Position numbers and translations under genes: made by a program. The notes under the pieces were generated by a model, which was not told the DNA's origin, searched no databases, and saw nothing but the letters and a program-made list of their open reading frames with translations. From an uncultured Chloroflexia bacterium (GTDB lineage: Bacteria > Chloroflexota > Limnocylindria > Limnocylindrales > CSP1-4), in contig CAVVJT010000010.1 of assembly GCA_963748625.1 (NCBI GenBank), forward strand, positions 320,001 to 384,000: a stretch of 64,000 nt of DNA. Direction: 5' to 3'. Each line of letters starts with the position of its first letter. The first letter of the stretch is position 1. Of this stretch, positions 53,609-62,599 are shown in pieces.

Positions 53609-53886
53609 TCCAGCCGGCGGTCGTGCGGGATGTCCGCGTTTCGGATCACCTCATCACCATGGTGCTCAAGGACGGTCGCGAGGTGTCGGTGCCAACCGCG
53701 TGGTCGGATCGGCTGTCACGCGCCACCCGGGAGGACCGCGAGCACTTCGTGATCGACGGTGACGGCATGATCGTCGCCTGGCCCGACATCGACGAGCACA
53801 TCGGCGTGTGGACGATGCTGGGCGTGCCCGAGGAAGAGGTGTTCGCGGCCGCCGGGCTTCGCGTGTCGGCCAGCACCCGAGGGTAG
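53605..53886 (+). CDS. DUF2442 family protein (putative antitoxin)
   Basis: LKDGREVSVPTAWSDRL..AT..WPDIDEHI. Confidence 0.88.
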   Translation: MIQPAVVRDVRVSDHLITMVLKDGREVSVPTAWSDRLSRATREDREHFVIDGDGMIVAWPDIDEHIGVWTMLGVPEEEVFAAAGLRVSASTRG

Positions 53887-54010
53887 CGGCACTGGGCCGG
53901 GGTGGCAGTCAAGGGGATCCGGCGAGCCGCGAAGAGCCTCGCGTCGGGCGGCTGGTGGTCACCGGCGCCCAGCCGGACGGCGGCGGTCGTGGACACGGCC
54001 CCGCGGGGCC

Positions 54011-55366
54011 TCAGACCACCTGGCGTGGCACCGTCGCAGCGAGTCCGTCGTCGAGCCACGCGAGCGCCCACCGGGCGAACGACGACCCGGCGCCCACGAG
54101 CCCCCAGCCCGGGCCGGGTTCGAGCGACGCCACGATTCGCCGGTAGCTCTCGACCTGGTGGAGCGCGCCGACCGGCAACGCAAGCCGCGCCGCCTCCTCG
54201 AGGTCCGCGCGAGGGGCGGCATCGGCCCAGGCGGCGAGCCATGCGTCGAGCATCGACTGCCGGGCTGCCACGTCCCTCACCCGATTGAACCAGGTCGCCA
54301 GGTCCGTGAACGGGTGGCCGATGGCTGCGTCCGACCAGTCGATGATCACGACCCGCTCGTCCGTCTGCAGGATGTTCCATGGGTGGAAGTCCCCGTGCAC
54401 GACCGTGGGTCCCGGGCCAAGCGTTGCCAGGCGCTCGCAGGCATCCCCGAGGCGCGGTGCGGCGCGGCGGAACCGCGGGCCGATGTCGTCCGCAAAGCCT
54501 GCGACGAACTCGCTGTCGAGCAGCTCGGGGAGTGACGCGGCAAGCGCCATGGGACCACGGTCCTCGAGCATGATGCCGTCCAGCCCATCGATCGTCGCCC
54601 GCTGGATCGCCGCCAGCGCGCCGAGCGATGCCGACCAGGTGTCAACCGGCTGATTGCCGACGACGACGCCGCCGGCATCACGCATGAGCAGCCACCCCTC
54701 GGCGGCATCGGTGGCGAGAACCTCGGGAACCGAGCCCGGGACCGCGTGGTGGAGCGCCGCGGTCGCGGCGGGCTCGGCATCGAACACCCGAGCGCAGGCC
54801 TTCATGAATGCGCGCCCGTCCGTCGTGTCGGCCCGCAGCACCGCCGAGATCGGCCACAGCATCTCGACGGTGGGCGCCGCGAGCGCGGGCGTCCCAGCCT
54901 CGTCGAGCCGGCTGATCATCCACCGGCGGGCTCGGTCCTCGAAACCCGGCAACTCCCAGCGCTGTCGTCGCGGATCGATGACGCCCGTCTCCAGCTCCGT
55001 GAGCCAGCGGGCGACGTGTGGACCCGTGACCGTGTCGCCCCGAAGCCCGTCGAGCCGGGAGTCGCCAAGCATGATCCACGTTGCGGCACCAGGACCCTCG
55101 TACGCCAACGGCTCGGCCTCAACCAGGATGTCCGTCGCCGAGCCCTCCGGATCCCCGCCGACCGGCGCGACCCGCATGATGGGGTGCGCGCTGCCGAGGT
55201 AGTGCACGAGGAGCGCCGCGATCGGCGGGTATGCGTCGACGTCGTCGATCAGCCCGAGCAGCGGCAGCCGGATCGCCCCGGTTGGGGTGATCTCGACCAG
55301 CACCGCCTGGCGGCGCGCGTCGCCGGCGAGAAGGTGCACGGGCCATTGGGCCGGGACGTCAGCCAT
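54011..55366 (-). CDS. Aminoglycoside phosphotransferase-like kinase
   Basis: AFMKA, VHGDFHPWNI, IIDWSDA..GHP. Confidence 0.85.
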   Translation of the reverse strand: MADVPAQWPVHLLAGDARRQAVLVEITPTGAIRLPLLGLIDDVDAYPPIAALLVHYLGSAHPIMRVAPVGGDPEGSATDILVEAEPLAYEGPGAATWIMLGDSRLDGLRGDTVTGPHVARWLTELETGVIDPRRQRWELPGFEDRARRWMISRLDEAGTPALAAPTVEMLWPISAVLRADTTDGRAFMKACARVFDAEPAATAALHHAVPGSVPEVLATDAAEGWLLMRDAGGVVVGNQPVDTWSASLGALAAIQRATIDGLDGIMLEDRGPMALAASLPELLDSEFVAGFADDIGPRFRRAAPRLGDACERLATLGPGPTVVHGDFHPWNILQTDERVVIIDWSDAAIGHPFTDLATWFNRVRDVAARQSMLDAWLAAWADAAPRADLEEAARLALPVGALHQVESYRRIVASLEPGPGWGLVGAGSSFARWALAWLDDGLAATVPRQVV

Positions 55367-55542
55367 GTCGAACCTGCTGGCCCCACCAGTGCCGTCGGCG
55401 ATGGCTGCGGCGGGCGGGGTCCCAGAACCCTACGGCTCGCCCCAGACTCGCGCAAGGGTGATGGCCTCACGCGTGCCCGGTCGCATCGTCTCCCGCGTAC
55501 CGGTCGGCCAGCGGGAACTGCGATCCCGGCGTGCCCGGTCGG

Positions 55543-55677
55543 CCAGCGGGACCTGTGTGCGGGATTCCGCACGGTCTGCCCGCCTGGCGACCGGAAACGC
55601 TCGATCCGCGCCTGAATCCGACTGCCTTGCCCGCTGTCCGGGCCGCCTGTGCAGGATTCCGTCGTAAGGCCCGCTGG
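55543..55677. repeat. 135-bp element with terminal inverted repeats
   Basis: CCAGCGGGACCT ... AGGCCCGCTGG; left flank duplicated. Confidence 0.5.
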
Positions 55678-55738
55678 GCGGCAGCGGAAGCGAGAGTCGG
55701 GCGCCAGCGCGCCAGCGGGCGCCCGACCTCCGGACGGT

Positions 55739-56597
55739 GATCAGTAGCCTGACCAGATCCTGATGTCGCCCTTGTCGACCTTCCATACGTACGGGCAGTA
55801 CAGATCGGTGGGTAGGCGACGTGACGTCAGCGCTGCCGCCGCAGAAGGTGTCGGCCAGCCCCTTCGACGCGCCGTCCGTGACGATCACTCGGTAGTGGAT
55901 GCAGGTCCCGACCGGGTCTGGGCCGGCGGGATCCCTGTCCAGGAGGCACTCCCAGCCGGTGATCTCCGCGGCGGGGGCCCCCGAGGTCGCCGTGAAGAAG
56001 CGGAGGGTGTCGACAGTTCCCCGGGTCTGGTTGTGCGACGAGTCGTCCGGTCCGCCCATCCCGTTGGACTCGTAGATCCCGTCACGCAGTGCACCGGTGG
56101 CGGTCGCGTCCACCTGGATGCGGTACATCGCGGTGAGCGCGGGATCGGCGTAGCTGCCGATGAAGGTCCCGGCCACGTGCTTGGGCATCACCTTCGCACT
56201 CGCCAGGGCGACCATGCGCTCCTTGGTGGTGCAGTGCTTCGTCGGGTAGTTGATGGCGCGCATCACCCCGGTCGTCCTGTTGACGCACGAGTACACGGTG
56301 CCGCCCGAGGAGGGGATGGCCGCCACCGCCACCGATCCGGCGACCGCGAATGCCGCGAGCACCGCACCCACGGCGATGACACGGCGGACAGGAGAGAGCC
56401 GCATGATGGGCCTCCGTCGATTGCCCACGGGTCGGTCCCGCCAGTGGCTGGGCGCGGTCCCGGCGGCCGGAGTTGCGGCCCGCGCGTCATCGCCTCCCGT
56501 GACGGTTGGATGCTGGACGCGCGGCGACCACCGCGCCAGTGCTCGATGGCCCGGTGCACAGCGCACCGATGATTACCCGCCAACCGGTGGCGGACGG
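55739..56597. repeat. ~860-bp direct repeat, copy 2
   Basis: Matches 52358-53217. Confidence 0.9.
55741..56404 (-). CDS. Secreted Cys-containing hypothetical protein, paralog 2 (frameshift ~55810)
   Basis: N-terminal ~84 aa identical to paralog 1; ends YCPYVWKVDKGDIRIWSGY in a shifted frame. Confidence 0.8.
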
Positions 56598-56662
56598 TGA
56601 GCCGTGAGCAGCCTTGCGTCGGGTGGCTGTATCGTCGACGCCCCAACCGAGGAGGACTGCTG

Positions 56663-57226
56663 ATGCGCCGCGTGACCTATGCCATGGGCGTCTCGCTCGA
56701 CGGCTACATCGTCGGGCCGGACGGCGGCTTCGACTGGACGACGCCCGACGCGGATGTCTTCCGCTTCTGGATCGAGGAGACTCGAGAGCTCGGCGTCCAC
56801 CTGATGGGACGGCGGCTGTACGAGACGATGCTGTACTGGGAGACCGCCGACCAGGATCCATCGATCGACGACGCGGAGCTCGAGTGGACCGCGCTCTGGA
56901 AGCCGCTCCCGAAGGTGGTGTTCTCCACCACGCTGTCGGCGGTGCAGGGCAATGCCCGCCTGGCGTCGGGCGGCCTGGCCGAGGAGATCGAGCGGTTGCG
57001 AGCCGAGCCCGGGGAGGGCGACATCGCGATCGGCGGCGCGACGCTCGCTGCCGAGGCCGCGGCGTTGGACCTGATCGACGAGTACCGGGCCGTGGTCCAC
57101 CCGGTGCTGGTCGGCGGTGGCATCCCGTTCTTCCCGCAGCGCGAGCGCCACGTGGATCTCGAGTTCGTCGAGACCCGCACCTTCAGCTCGAAGTTCGTCT
57201 ACCTCCGCTACCGCGTGGCGCGCTAA
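56663..57226 (+). CDS. Dihydrofolate reductase/RibD C-terminal family protein
   Basis: SLDGYI, LMGRRLYE, KVVFSTTL, GGATLA, LIDEY..PVLVGGG. Confidence 0.92.
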   Translation: MRRVTYAMGVSLDGYIVGPDGGFDWTTPDADVFRFWIEETRELGVHLMGRRLYETMLYWETADQDPSIDDAELEWTALWKPLPKVVFSTTLSAVQGNARLASGGLAEEIERLRAEPGEGDIAIGGATLAAEAAALDLIDEYRAVVHPVLVGGGIPFFPQRERHVDLEFVETRTFSSKFVYLRYRVAR

Positions 57227-57289
57227 CCCTGGCCGGGGCGTCGGCCGGGCGGCATCCACCGTCAGGACCTGTGGTCAGGCCGCACCCCC

Positions 57290-57400
57290 ACCCCAACTGT
57301 GGGGGATTCCGGCCGCTCGCCCTCGTGGCTCACCCACCGGATCGACAAACGGGAGGTCGAGCCATGCGTCGAACACGGCCAGACGCCCCATAGCTGGGGG
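57290..57400. repeat. 111-bp two-box element, copy F
   Basis: ACCCCAACTGTGGGGG ... GCCCCATAGCTGGGGG, centres 95 bp apart. Confidence 0.75.
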
Positions 57401-57454
57401 GCGGACGCGGCCGCCGATGCCGTACCTCGCGTCCGACGGGTGAAGTCGGCTGAC

Positions 57455-57498
57455 CGGGTGGCCGACGGGGTGGCCGACGGGGTGGCCGACGGGGTGGC
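57455..57498. repeat. 12-bp tandem repeat
   Basis: ggggtggccgac ~3.7 copies. Confidence 0.8.
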
Positions 57499-57670
57499 TG
57501 AGCTGCTGCGGGCCTCGATGCTCCCGGCCAATCCCATCCCTGCGGGTGTGTGAAACCTTCCGGTTATGGAGGATCGCCAGGCGTGTCCTCACCCCGACCC
57601 AAATGTCAACTATCTCAACAGGATGAAGCAGCCTGTCACATGGAGCCGACGGCCAGCAGGAGGGCGTCGA

Positions 57671-57961
57671 TCAGGCAGGCTGTCGCGGGCGGAGCACGGG
57701 CGCGGGCCGGCGCGAAGCCTCATCGGCCGGCGTGGGGCCATCCCAGATGAGCGTTTCGGGCGCGATGTCCACGCCACCGGGCCAGACCAGCGTGCCATAG
57801 GCGACGGCCACCTCGGCGAAGCGCCGGTCATCGGCGGCGATCGGGTCGAAGAGCGGGCCGCGGAGCAGGTCGGTGAGGTCGCGCTCGATCACGGCGCCGT
57901 CCGACAGCGTGAGGCGCACCGACCGGCCGGCCAGGGGCTGTGCGGCAACGATCTCGAGCAT
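57671..57961 (-). CDS. Orphan DUF2442 protein
   Basis: VRLTLSDG..DL..GPLFDPI..GTLVWPGGVDIAPETL; TAGCAT 7 nt before ATG; no DUF4160 partner. Confidence 0.85.
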   Translation of the reverse strand: MLEIVAAQPLAGRSVRLTLSDGAVIERDLTDLLRGPLFDPIAADDRRFAEVAVAYGTLVWPGGVDIAPETLIWDGPTPADEASRRPAPVLRPRQPA

Positions 57962-58050
57962 GGCGAGGATGCTAGTCGAGCGGGTCGATGCGTGCCAGCG
58001 GCAGCTGGTCCCGGGCCCCAGGGACGGTGCGGTGTCAGCGACCGCACCAA

Positions 58051-58338
58051 TCACCGCGACGCAGCCTCATCGTCATCGGCGTAAGCCTCGAGGAGCGAGC
58101 GCAGCACCTGGCTGATCGTGCGTCCTTCCGACGCCGCGCGGGCAGCCGCCCGATCGCGCAGGCGGGCCGGAACCCGAACGGAGATCCGGGGCGAGTGCTC
58201 CCCACTCGCAGCATCGAGGAACGGCCGGCCACGATGCAGTCGCAGCGTCGAGGGCTCGAACCCCCGCTCGGCTTCGGCCGCAAGTGCATCGATCTCGGCT
58301 TCGGTGAGGGTGCGTCCGCTCCTCGTGGTCACTGCCAT
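58051..58338 (-). CDS. CopG/RHH antitoxin
   Basis: LAAEAERGF..GRP..SPRISVRVP..EGRTISQVLR. Confidence 0.85.
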   Translation of the reverse strand: MAVTTRSGRTLTEAEIDALAAEAERGFEPSTLRLHRGRPFLDAASGEHSPRISVRVPARLRDRAAARAASEGRTISQVLRSLLEAYADDDEAASR

Positions 58339-58580
58339 CGCATCACCTGCCGGTACAGCGGCATGTACGACCGTCGCATGTGCATCGCGTGGATCACGAG
58401 CAACCCCCCGTCAGCAAGCTCGATGACGACGATCTCGAGTGGGATGCCGCGCTGATCCGGGCCGACGACGAGGACCGTGGCGTTGTCCTGCTCGAGCCAG
58501 GCCTGGGCATGGGCGAGGACGTAGGCGACTCGATCGCGGGCGACGCCATGCCTCGCGGCGGACGGATGAAATCGGAGCAT
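58329..58580 (-). CDS. Small RelE/BrnT-superfamily toxin
   Basis: FHPSAARHGV..VGPD..LEIVV..VIHAM. Confidence 0.8.
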   Translation of the reverse strand: MLRFHPSAARHGVARDRVAYVLAHAQAWLEQDNATVLVVGPDQRGIPLEIVVIELADGGLLVIHAMHMRRSYMPLYRQVMRWQ

Positions 58581-58751
58581 CGATCCATTTCCGTATTATG
58601 TCAGTCACAACCCGCCAGTCAACCCGGCTGTACCTGTGCTGGGAACGGCCCCAGTGATCACACTCAGGACGACGCAGCGTTGTCGTCATCGGCGGGCGAC
58701 ATCGGACGGGCTGGCCAGCCGCCGACGGCTCCCGGTCGCTCATGGGACCGA

Positions 58752-59108
58752 TCAGTGCGTCTCCCGCGGCGGGCCGAGCGAGACGCGCGTCACCCACACC
58801 GTCCGTCTCCCGGTATCGACGCAGTACCAGACTCGTCCAGCGGCGCTGATCTCGTGTTGCCACTGCGGGAGCCTCGCCTCGCCGATCCTGGCCTCGTGCA
58901 GCGGCGGCTTGAGGCGGTGCGTCCGCGCCGGGTTGTCGGAGCGGTCGAGAGGACGCGTCCGCAGGCGCTCTCGAACAGCCGCCATCAGCACCGGCTCGAT
59001 GGCGACCGCATCCTCCCACTGGCGCTGGGCGGTCCGGCTGGCCGGGCGGAGCACCCAGTGCTCGCCCGATCGCTCGGACCGGCCCGCGGGAGGCGGTCGC
59101 GGCGTCAC
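58752..59108 (-). CDS. RelE-like putative toxin
   Basis: RTHRLK..LPQWQHEISAAGRVWYCVD..VWV..PPRETH; coupled to the upstream gene. Confidence 0.75.
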   Translation of the reverse strand: MTPRPPPAGRSERSGEHWVLRPASRTAQRQWEDAVAIEPVLMAAVRERLRTRPLDRSDNPARTHRLKPPLHEARIGEARLPQWQHEISAAGRVWYCVDTGRRTVWVTRVSLGPPRETH

Positions 59109-59575
59109 AGGACGATGTCGTGCAGCGGCTCCGGCGCGCCCTCCAAGAGCTGCTCGCGGGTCTCCGGGTCAGCCCAGGATTCGGCCGTCGCCCGCCAGTC
59201 TCCGAGAAGCAACTCCACGTTGCGCAGGGAGATGCCCGATGCGGCGAGGAGGAGCGCTTCGGCCATCTCCGCGAAGAACTGCTGCTGCGCCCCGGCCGGC
59301 AGGACGCTCACCCACCCAAGGTCACCGAAGCTGGAGGCCGGCGCTCCGCCCGCGAAGATGGCCAGGGCCGCCCGAACGAGGTCCAGGGCCAGGTCCGCGA
59401 TGTCGCGCTCCCGGTCCAGCTCGTCCACGGGCGCAAGGCGGAGTGCCAGCCCATCCTTGTCCCGGATCAGCGCTCCCCCTCGCCGCGCGGCATCAAGCAC
59501 CTCCCGGTGGTTGCGCGCGAGATCAGTCGCCTGGTACGCGACGGCAGGCGAGATTGTCATCGTTCCATGCCTCAT
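59105..59575 (-). CDS. Prevent-host-death-like antitoxin
   Basis: ATDLARNHREVLDAA, WVSVLP..QFFAE, WRATAE..DP. Confidence 0.78.
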   Translation of the reverse strand: MRHGTMTISPAVAYQATDLARNHREVLDAARRGGALIRDKDGLALRLAPVDELDRERDIADLALDLVRAALAIFAGGAPASSFGDLGWVSVLPAGAQQQFFAEMAEALLLAASGISLRNVELLLGDWRATAESWADPETREQLLEGAPEPLHDIVL

Positions 59576-59711
59576 CTGCGCATGATCATACGCACGATCA
59601 TCGTCGTCAAGACCAAGCTGAGCGCCGGTGCCTTGGTCGATGCCGGCGGCGGGCGAGAGTCGACCATACGAACGGCGGCTTACGCGGGCTTATGCCGGAG
59701 CTCCCCCGGTC

Positions 59712-59985
59712 TTAGCGACCCCGGGGCCACACCGTGTCGATGTACACGCCGGCCAGGTCCACCAGCACCGGCGCCAGCTCGCGCGTCGCGAACGGCTGCC
59801 CCATCGCGATCGCCTCCTCGGCCGGCCACTCCCGCCAGATGTGAAGGTCATGCCACTGCGTGCGATCGAGCTTCGCCAGGCGGTCGAGCAGCGCGTCCCA
59901 GCCCGTCGCGATCCGCCGGCCGCCATCGACCGACCGCAGCACCAGCTCCCCGTCCTCGAGGCGTGCCCGGAAGTGATCGTGTTGG
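59712..59985 (-). pseudogene. 3' fragment of an unknown gene
   Basis: Coding-like C-terminus (WHDLHIWREWPAEEA..) with no clear start, abutting the DUF2283 stop. Confidence 0.4.
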
Positions 59986-59992
59986 CGTGCCT

Positions 59993-60226
59993 TCAGGCGA
60001 AGACGCGGAAGTGGCGCTCGTCCAGCAGACGGGCAACGTCGGCGCGATGGGGCACGTTGTCCAGATCGATCCCCAGGCTGACGTCCAGAAACTCGACGCC
60101 GATGGGGATCCCATCGGCCGCATAGTCCACGTTGACCCGGTCTGTGAGCTGATCGGTGCGGTCAACGTCGCGGCGCTCGAAGTACACGTACACCGCGTCT
60201 GCCGTTTCGTCGTAGGTCAGATACAT
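59993..60226 (-). CDS. DUF2283 (YuzE) protein
   Basis: MYLTYDETADAVYVYF..VDY..GIPIGVEFLDVS. Confidence 0.9.
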   Translation of the reverse strand: MYLTYDETADAVYVYFERRDVDRTDQLTDRVNVDYAADGIPIGVEFLDVSLGIDLDNVPHRADVARLLDERHFRVFA

Positions 60227-60396
60227 GGCGCTCCCGTCCTGATGATGGTCACGGTGATGCACCTGTCAACCGACACGGGCCGCACGACGACCTTGACGCG
60301 ACGTCCGCCACCGCAACCCCACACGATCCAGCGTCCATGATGCCCGGGCTCGAGATCCGTGGAGCCCCTGACGATCGCCTCGATGGCTTCTTCCGT
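60217..60396 (-). pseudogene. 5'-truncated DUF4258-like toxin
   Basis: TEEAIEAIVR..PGHHGRWIVWG..RRVKVVV..ITVTI overlaps the DUF2283 start; no start codon before the lipoprotein hairpin. Confidence 0.6.
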
Positions 60397-60429
60397 GCCG
60401 ACAATCTCCGCCCTTCAGACGGAGATCGG

Positions 60430-61158
60430 TCAGGGGACCCGGATCTGGTAGTAGTAGATGCGGTCGAAGGTCCGCCACTTCGTGGGAATCTGGCCCACCT
60501 GCGCCTGGACCGTCACCAGGTAATCGCCGGGTTCGGTTGGGGCCTGGGCGTCGATCTCGAGCTCCCGGAAGCCATCACCCCGGCCAATCTCGACGGGGCC
60601 TCCGCCAACAGTGCCCGCGAGAGGCGCGGCCTCGATGATCCAGAAGGGGCCGAAGGGGTCTGTCTCGAAGACGACCTGCGCGCCCAACACCCAGCCTTCC
60701 GGGGGCACGAAGACCAGGGGGTATCCGGCGCTGACCGAGACCGGCTTCGCCGATGCCAGGATGGGGAACGTGACACACGGTTCCTGCGTCCTGATCTGCC
60801 GACCGAACTCGTCGTTGGCTGGCTCGTAGATGACTTGCGGGCAGCCCGACTCGCCGATGGCGCTCGTGCGCGTCTTGCCCACGACGAGGATCGGCGAAGG
60901 GAACGTAGGGGCGGTGTCGAAGTCGACCTCGAGCGTCGGCGCGGGGCTCTCCCCGGGGATGACCTCGAACGGGGTCGCGGTCGGAGCCAGGCTTGCGCTG
61001 GCATCCGGCGTCTGGACGGGCGAGGGGGAAGCGGTGAGCGCAGGCGCGCTGGCCGGAGTGGGCGGCAGCGTTGCGGGCAGGGGCGTCGCCGACGGCGCGG
61101 GAGCGGCACAGGCGCTGGTGAGCATGGCGATGGCGACAAGCCGGGCGACGCGTCTCAT
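60430..61158 (-). CDS. Pro/Thr-rich lipoprotein
   Basis: Signal peptide with lipobox TSAC, Pro/Thr linker. Confidence 0.75.
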   Translation of the reverse strand: MRRVARLVAIAMLTSACAAPAPSATPLPATLPPTPASAPALTASPSPVQTPDASASLAPTATPFEVIPGESPAPTLEVDFDTAPTFPSPILVVGKTRTSAIGESGCPQVIYEPANDEFGRQIRTQEPCVTFPILASAKPVSVSAGYPLVFVPPEGWVLGAQVVFETDPFGPFWIIEAAPLAGTVGGGPVEIGRGDGFRELEIDAQAPTEPGDYLVTVQAQVGQIPTKWRTFDRIYYYQIRVP

Positions 61159-61267
61159 GGAGTTCCGTGGAACGGGTATTGACTGTGAGCGTCGGCCCGA
61201 GAAGCCCTTCGGTCAAGGTGCCGCAGGACACCGATTGTCACGGAATCAGGTCATCGTCCTAGCGAAG

Positions 61268-61295
61268 TCACCTGCCGCTTACGTCGCGGCGGCGC
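61268..61295. repeat. 28-bp direct repeat, copy 1
   Basis: tcacctgccgcttacgtcgcggcggcgc, identical at 63153-63180. Confidence 0.9.
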
Positions 61296-61299
61296 CTCC

Positions 61300-61375
61300 C
61301 CCCTGCCACACCCCAGCGCGCATCGCTCAGGGTCAGGTATGCCGCGTCCACGGCCTCGTCGTATTCGAGCAGCAT
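61300..61375 (-). pseudogene. 5' fragment of a second DUF2283 gene
   Basis: MLLEYDEAVDAAYLTLSD, then runs into the 28-bp repeat. Confidence 0.6.
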
Positions 61376-61381
61376 GTCCCC

Positions 61382-61540
61382 CTACGCCTTGGGCGGCGGC
61401 TGCTCCTCGTCCTTGACGGCGGCGGGCGGCCGCTTCGAGGGTGTCACGTCGATCTCGAAGCCGTCGGCGAGAATCCGGGCGAATCGTCCGCGCTCAAGCT
61501 GCTTCGCGGCTTTGGGAGTGTCAGCCTTCTTCGTCGTCAT
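61382..61540 (-). CDS. 52-aa ORF in the BrnA antitoxin position
   Basis: MTTKKADTPKAAKQLERGRFARILADGFEIDVT..; overlaps the BrnT remnant. Confidence 0.45.
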   Translation of the reverse strand: MTTKKADTPKAAKQLERGRFARILADGFEIDVTPSKRPPAAVKDEEQPPPKA

Positions 61541-61672
61541 GGCGTTCACGCGCAGTGGCGCGCCGTGCGGAGATGATCCGGATCATAGGTCCGCAGTCTC
61601 CACGAAGTCGATCCCGTGCTTCCGCCAATTCGCGTCAGCCTTGTCCTCGTCCCACTGGACCCTCCGGTGCAC
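61521..61672 (-). pseudogene. Internally deleted BrnT toxin
   Basis: N-terminal WDEDKADANWRKHGIDF joined out of frame to C-terminal IRIISARRATARER. Confidence 0.75.
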
Positions 61673-61748
61673 GCGACTGCCTCGTCGGGCTGCCGTGCGG
61701 CCGCACGCCAGGCCAAGGGCGGGTGCCCGCCATCGTAGGGACCACTGA

Positions 61749-62096
61749 TTACGTGCCGCCTAGCGTCTCAGGAGCCTCTTCCGCGACCATCGAGGTGTCG
61801 ACAGCCGTGACGGGCTCACGGACCACCAGGTCGACCTCGAGCCCGACTGCTGCCGCGTACCGCTCGATGGTCGAGAGACGGCTGTCGAGATCTCCGGACT
61901 CCAGCCGCGCCACCACCGGCTGGGACGTGCTCATCCGGGCGGCGACGGCGGTCTGGGAGAGTCCGAGCGATGCTCGTCGAGCCGCGAGCTGGCGGATGAC
62001 CGCCCTGCGCCGGGCGGCAGCATCGACGAGCCGGGCGAACTCCGGGTTGCCGGCAGACCGCTCGCGAACGATCTCGTCAAGGAAGTCTGGCATCAC
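61749..62096 (-). CDS. XRE-HTH antitoxin (HigA-like), orphan
   Basis: LAARRASLGLSQTAVAARMSTSQPVVARLESG..RLSTIERYA. Confidence 0.88.
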   Translation of the reverse strand: MMPDFLDEIVRERSAGNPEFARLVDAAARRRAVIRQLAARRASLGLSQTAVAARMSTSQPVVARLESGDLDSRLSTIERYAAAVGLEVDLVVREPVTAVDTSMVAEEAPETLGGT

Positions 62097-62263
62097 TGGC
62101 TACCTCGGGATCGGACCGTCGTGGACGAGGCGTCTATAGCATCAACCATATACCGTTGCTGCTATTGCCGACGTGAGCGCCAGTCGGCACCCCGTTGCTC
62201 CGCGACCGGCCGAACACCGGCGGCTCCACCGGGTCCTGGCACTTCTATCCCGCCACCCAACGC

Positions 62264-62548
62264 CTACGCGCGAACGACATCCAGGCGCTTCCGGTTCCCG
62301 CTGACCGCCTCTGCGTAACGGTCGAGCGTGGAGTAGCGGATGTCGGCCCTGGCCGACTCGATCTCGGCGACGACCGACTGGCTGACGTTCATGGCCTCTG
62401 CCACGGCCGCCTGCGTGAGGTGGTTGGCCTTCCGCTCGGCGACCAGCGCGCCGATCAGCCGTTGCCGGCGGATCTCGGCGGCGAGCATCGCCGGATACCT
62501 GGAGTTGGCAGCGCTTCGCTTCGCGATCGAGCGTTCGAGATCGTCCAT
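62264..62548 (-). CDS. XRE-HTH antitoxin (HigA-like)
   Basis: ERKANHLTQAAVAEAMNVSQSVVAEIES..STLDRYA. Confidence 0.88.
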   Translation of the reverse strand: MDDLERSIAKRSAANSRYPAMLAAEIRRQRLIGALVAERKANHLTQAAVAEAMNVSQSVVAEIESARADIRYSTLDRYAEAVSGNRKRLDVVRA

Positions 62549-62572
62549 CGGTCTCTCCGTGGGTGCAAGAAC

Positions 62573-62599
62573 TATCGGTGATCACCGATATCCCGTCAA
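62573..62599 (-). promoter_or_regulatory. Internal antitoxin promoter with 18-bp perfect palindrome
   Basis: TATCGGTGA|TCACCGATA (62573-62590) just downstream of TTGACG (62594-62599, minus strand). Confidence 0.65.

Noticed and set aside
52358-56597. Diversity-generating retroelement TR/VR pair
   Set aside because: Differences include indels and non-adenine substitutions, both copies are full genes, and no reverse transcriptase is present.
57595-57615. dif site at aaatgtcaact
   Set aside because: Only a partial XerD-like arm with no XerC arm; equally explained as a minus-strand TTGACA.
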